Assembly (NCBI GenBank): GCA_016746295.1 | Contig: JAEAOA010001935.1 | Location: 484,430-548,429 of the forward strand | DNA: 64,000 nucleotides | Direction: 5' to 3' | Source: Potamilus streckersoni | Taxonomy: Eukaryota | Shown here: positions 1-11,368 of the stretch, piece after piece | Layout of the letters: every line of letters begins with the position of its first letter | Numbering within the stretch: the first letter of the stretch is position 1 | Position numbers and translations under genes: made by a program | The notes under the pieces: model-generated | What the model was told of the DNA's origin: nothing | What the model saw: only the letters and a program-made list of their open reading frames with translations | Databases searched by the model: none

Positions 1-283
1 ACGTGAGATGCACATTATATCCCTTCATGTAAGATTTTATGAGAATAAAATTACACTAGTCTCATTTATATATTTATTGAAATTGATCACAAAATTAAAA
101 AAGCACACAATGTGAAGGAGTTTGGTTTCAATCTCATATTTTACAACACAAACATGTACATAAAACATATAATTACTGAAATCCATTTTCAAACAAGCCT
201 TTTTTACATGAACGACCTCTGACCTCTAAAGCTCTTCTGTGTTAAAAGCATCATTTACTGCATTTTTATTTAAAGCTTTGATT

Positions 284-614
284 TGTGTGTGTGTGTGTGT
301 ATGTGATTTAGATTTTTAAGGTAGCTTTTAAAAATATTCAGTCATATCACAATGATGTCTGCAGTGTGACAGTTTATAGTGATATCTAGCACTGGGGCAT
401 CATGCTGCAGACATGTGGAATAATGTCTCACCCAGTCACATTATCCTGATACCAGGCCAACCAGTCCTAACACTAACCTCTTAATGATGAGCACCATGTG
501 AAGCAGCTGTAAGTACCATTTTGTTTTTCAGCCTTTGGTATGACCCTACGGGGGTTTGCACCCATGACCTGCATCCAAGGCAGATGTTCTAACTACTGGG
601 CCACCGGAGCTGTC
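284..614 (-). mobile_element. tRNA-derived SINE, family 2 (head GCTCCGGTGGCC(C/T)AGTAGTTAGA…, body …CATTAAGAGGTTAGTGTTAGGACTGG…, end …GATATGACTGA + (AC)n), including its (AC)n tail seen here as (GT)n
   Basis: On the + strand the copy runs (GT)n gtagcttttaaaaatattcagtcatatcac…ccaccggagctgtc. It is near-identical to the copies at 61327..61655 and 22829..23116. Confidence 0.85.
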
Positions 615-903
615 TTTTGATTTATGTGTATATGGTTGTAATTTGGAAAAGTGAATAATACAGGGATAGAATTTAATTTGATAGTAGCAAGTAATGTGCC
701 TTATATTAAGGACAGTGACCAAGAATTCAAGAATTTGATAAAAAAACATTTTTTAAAAAATTGCACAATAGGTTGAGATCAGTAACATTTTATTGAAAGC
801 ATGCATTCCATCTAGTGTCGATGTAATTAGTTTTGTTTTATTTTTCCATTACCATTTTTTGAAATTTTATTGGTGTACTGTTGTTAAAATGAAATAAAAT
901 TTA

Positions 904-1127
904 GGAGCTATGAGAAAGATATGAGACATTATTTCACATTGATAGACAAAAATGTTGGCTTTTGATGTCCAACCTGGGAGCTATGAGAAAGATATGAGAC
1001 ATTATTTCACATTGATAGACAAAAATGTTGGCTTTTGATGTCCAACCTAGGAGCTATGAGAAAGATATGAGACATTATTTCACATTGATAGACAAAATGT
1101 TGGCTTTTGATGTCCAATCTAGGAGTA
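904..1127. repeat. Minisatellite, 74-bp unit x3
   Basis: The unit ggagctatgagaaagatatgagacattatttcacattgatagacaaaaatgttggcttttgatgtccaacct is repeated head to tail. Confidence 0.9.
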
Positions 1128-2680
1128 AAAGTTGTTTTGATTCTGTCTGTTATTTTTTCTTCCATTCATCTAATACTTCTTGATTATATTATGTGTTAAG
1201 TACATTTCTCAAGCACTGCAGGCAGCTAGATATAGCTTTTCTCATGTATGAGTTTTGATGGGTGCAGTATCATTCCAAGAAAGTCTGCCAGTGTAACCAA
1301 TTTTTCATGCTTCAGTGACCATTTATGTCAGTTTCCCTTATTTGTTTTTTTACTGCAGAAATATATTTTGAATTTGTTAAAAATATAATTTCTTTTTTCT
1401 TTTAGACCACTTAAATTTCAAGATATATCTTGTGATATAATTTCTATTTTCAATAGACTGCTAGAATTTGAAGGTATTTCTTGCGATATAATTTTTGTCT
1501 TCAAAAAACTTTTAGCATTTCAAGCTAAAGCTTATTTAAATAGTCAGCATTACAAAGCAGTAAATAAATAACTATATTCTCTTTAAACCCACTGATCAAT
1601 TGTATTCAAACAGTTTTAATATATCTATAGTGGTCTAACCAGAATAGTTGTTCAAACACATTACAGCTGAATCACTTTGCTAAAATAATTGAATTTAACC
1701 CCTGCTACCTGACAATGTCTGGCAATTCTTTCATAAAAGCTATGTATTCACTTTAGCAGTTTACAGTAACTCAGGTTACAGTGTGAATTCCTTATGGAAA
1801 CATAAACACTTCATGATACTGCCAAGATAGTAATGAGAATCTTACCCTAAGGGTGTTTCCTTTGTTTTGGTGCAGTACATGGTTCATTGGTTAAGTCATC
1901 TGTTTTCTTGGTTGTCAGCAGGTGACTATATGTGTAAAATGAGTAGTTAAACTTAATGCAATGTCTCCAGTATACTTGGATTTTGTTATGGAGAACCTAA
2001 ATCCATTTAACTGTTTTGGAGCTAAACATGGATACTGTAAACCACCAATAAATCCTCCTTACTGGACTGTCTTAAATTTCAACCAGCAGCAGTTTGTTTC
2101 TTTTTGTTGTTTTTTTTTTAAATAACTTAAAGCTGTTCTTTTTTAAATATATAACTCCAGTTTCCATTTGCATTTTTACTTGTAGTGTTTTTGTACACCT
2201 TCGATTTTTCAAGAAATAGAAGTCATTTAAAGAATCAAATCATTCCACAAGAATCCCATGAAATGTTATATTTCGTCTATTCTGCCATCACATAATTCAC
2301 AAAAAATGCAAAGTCACAAAAATAGGTCACTGTGACATATTTTTGCATGTGTGAGATGAACCCACCAAATCTAATGCACTCATAAAGTTTCATGACTTTT
2401 CATGCATGCATGATGTTACTAAAATCAGAAAAACATTTTTTTAGGTCAGATAATTTGAGTATTTTTCAAAATATGATGTATTCAGAGCACTATAGACCAC
2501 TGATAAATCATCCTTGCTGAGTTGACATCAAAGTCATACAGCAGAAATTTTTTCAAATGTATACCTCTTCCTCCCATTCATTCCTGTTTCCATACACTGG
2601 AGACTTTTAAAGAACTGGATATCATGAACAAAAGCATGACATTCAATAAGAATTCATGGCATAATCCACAATAAGACTCT

Positions 2681-2932
2681 GGGGCCCCAGTAGTCTAAAG
2701 CCTGTCCGTTATGGATCACTGCCATCTCACCTCTGTCTGGTGAGTTCCAATCGGTTGCCAGTAGCTTGGTTCTTTCTGGATTTCCGGTTTCTTCCTCCAC
2801 CATTCCTCCAAGATTCCTCGAAAGCTTGCCAGTAGCTTCTCGTGGGTCGGTGGTTCTTTCTGGTGATATCCCGGTTTCTTCCTCCACCATTAATACTGGC
2901 CGCCATGAATAGCCTATCGTGTGCTGAAAAAT
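2681..2932 (+). mobile_element. tRNA-derived SINE, family 1 (head GGGGCCCC(A/G)AGTGGTCTAAAGC…, body …GGTGGAGGAAGAAACCGG…, end …CATGAATAGCCTATCGTGTGCTGAAAAATGGCGTTAAGCCC + (CAA)n). This copy has an internal ~70-bp duplication and an A-rich end.
   Basis: The sequence is shared with copies at 6115, 11929, 18884, 38714 and 62341. The block agtagctt…ttcttcctccaccatt occurs twice within this copy. The element is followed by A11 and a 29-bp x3 tandem repeat. Confidence 0.8.
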
Positions 2933-2939
2933 ACAAAAA

Positions 2940-3030
2940 AAAAAATACAAACTACATAGACCTATTACTCCATACAAACTACATAGAGCTATTACTCCAA
3001 ACAAACTATATAGACCTATATCTGCTTACA
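2940..3030. repeat. Tandem repeat, 29-bp unit x3 (acaaactacatagacctattactccat) at the SINE tail
   Basis: Direct reading of the sequence. Confidence 0.8.
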
Positions 3031-3032
3031 TA

Positions 3033-3110
3033 GTATGTGACAGCAGATCTGGGTAGATGCAGTTTGCAGTTGGATTCAACTTATAAGCGAGTAAGTATGG
3101 TAATTAGCTC
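3033..3110 (+). mobile_element. Family 3 element 3' portion abutting the SINE family 1 copy
   Basis: It contains cagcagatctgggtagatgcagtttgcagttggattcaacttataagcgagtaagtatgg. Confidence 0.45.
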
Positions 3111-3926
3111 CATTTGTCAGCATTTGAGTTTTAAATACATGTACTAAAACATGTTTACCATTACATGAACTAAGACATGTTACACTTTATTCAAATAAGG
3201 ACCTACAATGTGAACTCTACCTAATTTGTGTTGTAACAATTAGAATATATGTGCAGCCTATCATGATTACAAATATTTTGCTGTCAAGTTTTGCAGAAAG
3301 TAGCAGTAAAAAGAGGTTTGAAAAATATTTTAAAAATTGATGACATGAGAAACTTTACATGCAGTTTACAAAAAAGGTGTCATATTTATAGATAGGCCAG
3401 TTCTGTTCCAGTGACATTGACTTCTCAGGAAGATGGTGCCCATTATGATGTAGGTTATTATTGACAAGAAGAGTTGTAATTTCACACTTGATAGAGCAAC
3501 AGCAGTGGTGTTTCATTACAAATCCATATGCACTGTATAACATATTCCAAAGCCAATCCTCTATCTCTTGCTTCCCTCCCTCACTCCATCCCTCCCTTAT
3601 CCCAACCTCCAAACGAATTATATGATGCAGCTTCCTGTACGGATTGGAACTGTACATGATGATGAAGTTTGGTCAGAAAATATTTTAAAATGAGATAATT
3701 GTCATTTTTGACCATGAAATCTCACCCCCTGCCAAGAACCCCAGGGACGGGAGCCAGAAATGACACCCATCTGATGGACAATATCCCAGATGTTTTTAAT
3801 ATCAGTTTCAGAATAATATTACATATAATTTTGTTATATGCATTAAACAATGTTATGATATTTTTTCACTATACCTGGGCTTCTTAAAATTATTTAGTTT
3901 TTCGTGAAATTTTCCACCAACATAGT

Positions 3927-4325
3927 TATGGCTGACAGTGATTTCAAGGGAGGTAATTATTAGATTCTAGTCAATGACACCATATAAAAAATATTATTGA
4001 AAATAACCATTCTGCCATACATTTTGTTATGGGGGACATTGGTTTCAAGGGTCATCATTATTATATTCTAGCCAATGACACAATATTAAAAACATTGAAA
4101 ATAACTATTTTACCATACATTTGTTAATAGCTGACTGATTTCAAGGGAAGTAATTATTATATCCTAGTCAGTGACACCTGTGACCCATGTAAAAAATATT
4201 ATTGAACATAACAGTTCTACTATACATTTTTTTATGGCTGGTAGTGATTTCAAGGAAGGTAATTATTAGAGTCTAGTCAATGACACTATTTAAAAGCTAT
4301 TTTTGAAAATAACCATTCTTGAAAG
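3927..4325. repeat. Minisatellite, ~100-bp unit x4, ~80% identity
   Basis: The unit tggctg(a/g)cagtgatttcaagggaggtaattattagattctagtcaatgacac…aaaataaccattctgccatacatttt recurs four times. Confidence 0.85.
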
Positions 4326-4669
4326 AGACACATCAATAAATAAGCATTCCATTGAAAGAGTTAAGTATTCCCATATAAAACAATCCATTTTTTTTTGTTT
4401 CAAAGAAATGTTGGCCTTTGGGAGGGGGTGGTATGTTAATAATAACCTCCAAATGTATAGTCGTAAATTGTTTATTCTACTTAGGTTAATACAGAGGTTG
4501 AATTTGTACAATTGATGGAAACTATTAATTGCTGATCCTTCAAAAAATTTAGGAAGATAGACATTTGTCTAATGCTTGTGTAAAACTATAGTTGCTGTGG
4601 TCATGTGATTCATTTTGAGCTTTTTAATTTATTGAAAAATGATCTACTTTTATCTACCACATATACCTA

Positions 4670-4870
4670 CATGTCAAACTGCAAACAACATAGATTCTGA
4701 TCTGCCATAGTATAATCTGCCTTCAGATCAGGGTCTATGTTGTTCTGATGATTGCTACTAACAAACTGTACAGACCCATATCTACTGGTGCATTGCATTA
4801 TGTGTCTGCACAGTTTGAAGTTGGACTCGATTTGTAAGCTAGAACAGTATATATGGTAAAAAAAAATTCT
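4670..4870 (+). mobile_element. Family 3 hairpin-containing short interspersed element with an A-rich tail
   Basis: An internal inverted repeat caaacaacatagattctgatc … gatcagggtctatgttgttctg flanks ctgccatagtataatctg. The 3' end is tttgaagttggactcgatttgtaagctagaacagtatatatgg followed by A9. The motif is shared with 24440, 35235, 6930 and 3033. Confidence 0.6.
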
Positions 4871-6114
4871 TTTTATGGTGAAAACTGCCTTGATTAAAAG
4901 ATTTTGATTAAACCACAAATTTTAGGCTATTGTTTATTTGTAAAGCATGACAATATCAAGAATTGTCATTGAATGCTATCAAATATTTGACCTTTTGGGA
5001 ATATTTGACCTTTTGGGACTTTTTTGTTTGCAAAAGTGTTGAATAAAGGATCGACCGGTATGATTTTATCATTTAAATGATTCATATGTTGTTGATTATG
5101 TTTTTGGATAAATAAATTCAATCTGTTTACAAAGTTCGTTCAAGGCATTTGATCCAGGAAAATCAATTCATGCCACATTCATTGTTAGATTAAATACACA
5201 AGTTAAATTTAACTGAAAACAGTTGATCAGGCATGATATAAATTGTGATTATGTTTGTATTTAGAATGGTTTAAGGTTCTTTATCACAAATTGAAAAGGC
5301 TTTCTCAGGTTACTACTAGGAGATCTGTTTTCAGACCTTAGAAAGCAGTTCATTTGTGTTTTGTCGTCTGCTTGACAGCATTTTGTTTGAGCTGTTTGCA
5401 TTGTGAACAGATACTGTGTTCTCACGACCAATCTGACCCAGGCAACTTATATTCATTAATGGATATTGGGTGTTATTGAAGGGTAAGTAAAAATATACCA
5501 TTTTGCCAATGCACAAAAAATCTTTAAGCAGTCATGGGTGACCACAACCTTTCCATTGTCCATATCAAGGTTTTTTTATGTTATATTTTTGTGGGTTACA
5601 TTTGTATTCACTAATACATGATATAGAATGTTACAGGTATTTTATTGTCACCTTCTTCAGATTTACAGATATTTTTTTTATTAATGTCTTCACACATCAC
5701 ATCATGCAGTCTAATGCATTATTTCTGTCATGGAGTAGGATTTTTTTCCACACTGAATAGTCCTTGACAAATAAGTTTAGAATTTTTTTTATTTATTTTA
5801 TTTGCCTTGATCTGTTTTCCTGCATATCTGTCTTTATGGTCTTTTCTGTTTCAGTATATGACAAAAGTGTTGCAAGAAATGTTTACCCCTCCATAAAACT
5901 TAATTATGGGCCCCTTCCAAAAATAAAACGTTTGGTGGGAAGTTTGCCCTGTCACCCACCCACCCTGTCTTGCAGTTGTGGGATTTGCTAGGGTAGTGGC
6001 AATGTAATTAACCTTGTGTAGAACACGGGGTACTGATTGTTGGCTGCTAATTTTTGTGGTAAACTTTTTCTGTCAATTTCAGCAGTTATCATAGTCATTT
6101 AAACATGTTTTGTT

Positions 6115-6360
6115 TGTTTGTTTGTTTGTTGTTGGGCTTAACGCCATTTTTCAGCACACGATAGGCTATTCATGGCGGCCAGTATTAATGGTGGAGGAAG
6201 AAACCGGAAATCACCGGAAAGAACCACCGACCCACGAAGCTACTGGCAAGCTTTCTCACATATCTACATTAGCCGAAGATTCGAACACACGCAGACAGAG
6301 GTGAGATGGCAGTGATCCGTAACGGACAGCGATTTAGACCACTCGGCCACTCGGGGCCCC
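6115..6360 (-). mobile_element. SINE family 1, full-length copy with a 14-bp target-site duplication
   Basis: The reverse complement runs from GGGGCCCCGAGTGGCCGAGTGGTCTAAATCGCTGTCCGTTACGGATCACTGCCATCTCACC to GCGTTAAGCCCAACAACAAACAAAC. The target-site duplication aaacatgttttgtt lies at 6101-6114 and again at 6362-6375. Confidence 0.9.
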
Positions 6361-6929
6361 CAAACATGTTTTGTTGCTAGCTTTATTGCAGTCTTCTTCT
6401 GCTTTTCTGTCGGCCTGTCTATCCATCCATTAACATTTGTTGTCCTGCCCATATCATTCTGTTATGGAGATTTATTTTATGCTTTGCCCAAGTATATATC
6501 ATGAGTTGGTGGTGTATCAAATACCATGAATGTGCCACCAGCTTCATGGTCAGAACATAACTTTTGAACTAGTAAAAATATTTCAATGGAACATTGCTCA
6601 AAATATATTTTCAACTAGTCAGTGTGTCACATGTCTGTCTCATGGTCAGGATAAAGGGAAAATTTAATTCTTTGACTTGTATTCTTAACTGGAATATAAC
6701 TGTCTAGTCACAGAAGATAAGTTAATGAAACTTTGCCAACTTAACCTCCATGAATTGAGAGTGTCATGTACCATAGCCACATCCTCTGCCTCCAGGTCAA
6801 GGTCATTGATAGGGAGAGAGAAATATGCCACTTGAAGCAATGAAACTAGACAGCGTATTAGATACCACTGTCACATACCCACCCTTAAGTCACAACAATA
6901 AATAATGTGTCGGTGGTCTGTTGTCTTAT

Positions 6930-7015
6930 ACAGGCTAAGATCTGTTGGCACATCATTTGATGGCAGATCTTGAGATGGACAGGACTTATAAGTGAAAACG
7001 TAAGGTATGCTTAAT
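6930..7015 (+). mobile_element. Family 3 element, 3' portion
   Basis: It contains catcatttgatggcagatcttgagatggacaggacttataagtgaaaacgtaaggtatgc. Confidence 0.45.
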
Positions 7016-7142
7016 TTATGTTTTAACAGCAAAATGAACACCAATGGATGTAAATGTATCAGCTGTTCAGAATAAAGACTGGCAACCATTAGTGTTCATT
7101 TATTTGAAATAAAGTCAACTCCTCTCTAGTGTGAACAATCAA

Positions 7143-7318
7143 TACAGTAAAACCTGTCTTGTAAGACTACTGCTTTGAAAGACCACCTGGCTTGAGAGAC
7201 CAGGTTCCCCATGTACAGATGTATATAGTGATATGACCTGTCATAAGAGACAACCTGTCTTGAGAGACCTTTCTTTGCCAGAGTAGGGTAGTCTTTCAAG
7301 ACAGGTTCTACTGTACTG
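7143..7318. mobile_element. ~175-bp MITE with terminal inverted repeats ACAGTA(C/A)…AAACCTGTCTTG(A/T)(A/G)AGACC and internal CCTGTCTTGAGAGACC sub-repeats
   Basis: Start is acagtaaaacctgtcttgtaagac and end is gtctttcaagacaggttctactgtactg, its inverse complement. The flanks are apparently TA dinucleotides (7142-43 and 7314-15), which would be Tc1/mariner-like. A second copy lies at 14101..14287. Confidence 0.75.
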
Positions 7319-7975
7319 TTCATGCAAGAAGATGAATCCTAGCTAGAATTGGCATAAGCTGATCCTATTTTTGGTGATGGAAAGAAACAATAGCTTTTTG
7401 TACAGACAAAAATGCAGTAAGTAATATACATAAAGTAATATACATAATCTGCACTCAGAAAGAAAATGTTACACAGGTTTCTTTCTTTTCTGATTATTTC
7501 CAATGCAACAGTGAAAATATCCCACATAATATGAGACAGGAAGGTCTGGGTGAGCATGTTGACCCAGTGATTAAAGCATTGCTAAATAACTTCAGCCAGA
7601 ACTTTAAATCTTTAATGATGATGCATGAGTGACTGCTATTTGCTTCTCAATAATGTTTGCTTGACAAAAATTGCTTGAAAAAAAAACCCTCTAATGAATG
7701 TGAAATTTGTATTTGATAAAATATTAGCTCATTTACTCCATATGTATGTACTGTGGATAAGACTGTCAATTATATATTTTTAACAGTGTTCTTTTACAAA
7801 ATAATAAGACATTAATTTGTGATTTGTTTTCTTCAAATTATGTAGTACTCTCTTGTTTCAATTACTGCGAACATGATTATCCAGTGTAATTGTTTTAGCT
7901 TTAAACCGGACAAAATGTTTACACCCAAACCTGGAAATAATGTAACAGAATCAAAACAGACTGCATATATCTTTC

Positions 7976-9950
7976 GTGACTATGGTAATACTGCTGATTT
8001 TGACTACCTGTGACTATGGTAATACTGATTTTGACTACCTGTGACTATGGTAATACTACTGATTTTGACTACCTGTGACTATGGTAATACTGATTTTGAC
8101 TACCTGTAACTATGGTAATACTACTGATTTTGACTACCTGTGACTATGGTAATACTACTGAGTTTGACTACCTGTGAATATGGTAATACTACTGATTTTG
8201 ACTACCTGTAACTATGGTAATACTACTGATTTTGACTACCTGTAACTATGGTAATACTACTGATTTTGACTACCTGTGACTATGGTAATACTACTTATTT
8301 TTACTACCTGTGACTATGGTAATACTGATTTTGACTACCTGTGACTATGGTTATACTACTGATTTTGACTACCTGTGACTATGGTAATACTGATTTTGAC
8401 TACCTGTATCTATGGTAATACTACTGATTTTGACTACCTGTGACTATGGTAATACTACTGATTTTGACTACCTGTGACTATGGTAATACTACTGATTTTG
8501 ACTACCTGTAACTATGGTAATACTACTGATTTTGACTACCTGTAACTATGGTAATACTACTGATTTTGACTACCTGTGACTATGGTAATACTACTTATTT
8601 TTACTACCTGTGACTATGGTAATACTGATTTTGACTACCTGTGACTATGGTAATACTGATTTTGACTACCTGTGACTATGGTAATACTGATTTTGACTAC
8701 CTGTATCTATGGTAATACTACTGATTTTAGCTACCTTTGACTATGGTAATACTACTGATTTTGACTACCTGTGACTATGGTAATACTACTGATTTTGACT
8801 ACCTGTAACTATGGTAATACTACTGATTTTGACTACCTATAACTATGGTAATACTACTGATTTTGACTACCTGTTACTGTGGTAATAGTACTGATTTTGA
8901 CTACCTGTAACTATGGTAATACTACTGATTTTGACTACCTGTGACTATGGTAATACTGCTAATTTTGACTACCTGTGACTATGGTAATACTGATTTTGAC
9001 TACCTGTGACTATGGTAATACTGATTTTGACTGCCAGTGACTATGGTTATGCTACTGATTTTGACTACCTGTGACTATGGTAATACTGATTTTGACTACT
9101 TGTATCTATGGTAATACTACTGATTTTGACAACCTGTGACTATGGTAATACTGCTGATTTTGACTACCTGTGACTATGGTAATACTGATTTTGACTACCT
9201 GTGACTATGGTAATACTGATTTTGACTACCTGTGACTATGGTAATACTACTGATTTTGACTACCTGTAACTATGGTAATACTACTGATTTTGACTACCTG
9301 TAACTATGGTAATACTACTGATTTTGACTACCTGTGACTATGGTAATACTACTGATTTTGACTACCTGTGACTATGGTAATACTGATTTTGACTACCTGT
9401 ATCTATGGTAATACTACTGATTTTGACTACCTGTGACTATGGTAATACTACTGATTTTGACTACCTGTGACTATGGTAATACTACTGATTTTGACTACCT
9501 GTAACTATGGTAATACTACTGATTTTGACTACCTGTAACTATGGTAATACTACTGATTTTGACTACCTGTGACTATGGTAATACTACTAATTTTGACCAC
9601 CTATGACTATGGTAATACTGCTGATTTTGACTACCTGTGACTATGGTAATGCTGATTTTGACTACCTGTGACTATGGTATTACTGATTTTGACTACCTGT
9701 GACTATGGTAATACTGATTTTGACTAACTGTAACTATGGTAATACTGCTGATTTTGACTACCTGTGACTATGGTAATACTACTGATTTTGACTACCTGTG
9801 ACTATGGTTATGCTACTGATTTTGACTACCTGTGACTATGGTTATACTACTGATTTTGACTACCTGTGACTATGGTAATACTGATTTTGACAACCTTTGA
9901 TTATGGTAATACTACTGAGTTTGACTATTTGTGACTATGGCAAAAAATAG
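7976..9950. repeat. Satellite array, 31/34-bp unit (gtgactatggtaatact[act]gattttgactacct), ~60 copies, with a ~300-bp higher-order periodicity
   Basis: The same 9-unit variant series occurs at ~8206 and ~8506: gtaactatgg, gtaactatgg, gtgactatgg…tacttatttttactacct, then a 31-mer. Confidence 0.9.
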
Positions 9951-11204
9951 TTGGGCTCTAAAGATCAAGAACTTCAAAAATCACAAACAGTACATGATTT
10001 CCCGTCTTATAACCTTTTCTCTACAAATGACCTTGATCTCTGAAATAGAAATTTGACTGCATGGTAAGGTGTGGGTCATGTGTATCAAATTATCTGCTGG
10101 GGTTTATAAATTATAGTTTGTTAGGAGAGACCCTGATATGCTGGCATATTTTGAGATGAGAGATCAAGGTCTATGTTCTTTGCAGTTTGACCTAACAGGC
10201 AAGTACTTAGAGTAAAATAATGTTGCTGCAATTGGTATGTCATTTGTTCAGAGGTGGTCCCTATACAATAGAATCTGGCTTCTCAAAATCATTCAAAAAT
10301 TGTCCTCAGCTCTAGATTTCTTGTGGCACTATTGTTCTAATCAGCTGTGGTGTTGGTAATAGTGAATGAAAAACAACCCGTTTGTTTTATATTGTTCACC
10401 TAGCAATCTTGCTATTCTTGAACAAAAAATATTTTAACAGTTTCATAATTATGTTGTAGTCCTCATTTTTGTCCCCAGTGTTAAAACAAGACTGTCTGGT
10501 TGAATGTTAAGGTATTGTGACCAATTTTTAAAATGTGATAGTGCTCTGTCAAAAAATGCCTTGTTGCCAACAAACAATAAGAAAGATGTTAAAAAGCTTA
10601 CTCTAGGAAAGAAAATTGGAGGTGTTTAGTGAAAAGCCATCCCTTTTACATTATATGCAGCTTTACTCAGGTTTAAAGTAAGTTCATGGAAATCTGACTT
10701 TTTAAACTTTGTTTTACAATTTGCATAACTAAACAGTTACCCAATAGATACCATACCTGGTAAACTTAATTTTGATTATCTGACTTAATTGAACAGCATT
10801 ATAATTAATGAAATATCATTTTAAACTTCAAAATTTGGAGAGTCTGGAACTTTTTTTTCTGGTCTCCAAATAGCTTGAAACATATTCTTGCTTTATTTGA
10901 AGAAAATAACTCCAATACGTTAAAAAACATTCTTGCTCTTTTTGTAGAAAAATAGGTAATATCCATTATATTAGTTGACAAAATTCAGTATCTTTATGAT
11001 TTTCCTTTCCACTAACAATAAAATGATAGCTTCCTAAGTACCACTGTGTATTGTTAGTATGACCCATGGACTGAAGGTAAATTCAGTTATGTAGCAATTA
11101 TCAAAACAAACACTTTGACAAATTTCATTGTCAGTTTCAGGTGAAAGAATGTCCCTTGGATTCACTCAAAGTACAACACTGACAATTTAATGGGATCACT
11201 TACA

Positions 11205-11368
11205 TAATGAAAGGTGCAACACTATACATGTAGGTTTTATAGAGAGGGAATACCATAACATAATAAAAGGTGCAACACTATACATGTAGGTTTTATAGAG
11301 AGGGAATACCATAACATAATAAAAGGTGCAACACTATACATGTAGGTTTTATAGAGAGGGAATACCAT
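11205..11368. repeat. Tandem repeat, 58-bp unit x2.8
   Basis: aggtgcaacactatacatgtaggttttatagagagggaataccataacataataaa is repeated. Confidence 0.9.

Noticed and set aside
2654-3004. ORFs encoding …FQHTIGYSWRPVLMVEEETG… at 2654-3004, 6110-6304, 12020-12208 and 62318-62586
   Set aside because: They lie wholly inside copies of SINE family 1. The same peptide recurs because the repeat recurs. There is no coding evidence.
7976-9950. CRISPR-like regular direct repeats (arrays at 7976-9950, 16631-19860 and 57262-59741)
   Set aside because: The sequence is eukaryotic, with spliced genes and SINEs. The repeats are contiguous with no unique spacers, and the units degrade by point variants. These are satellites, not CRISPR arrays.
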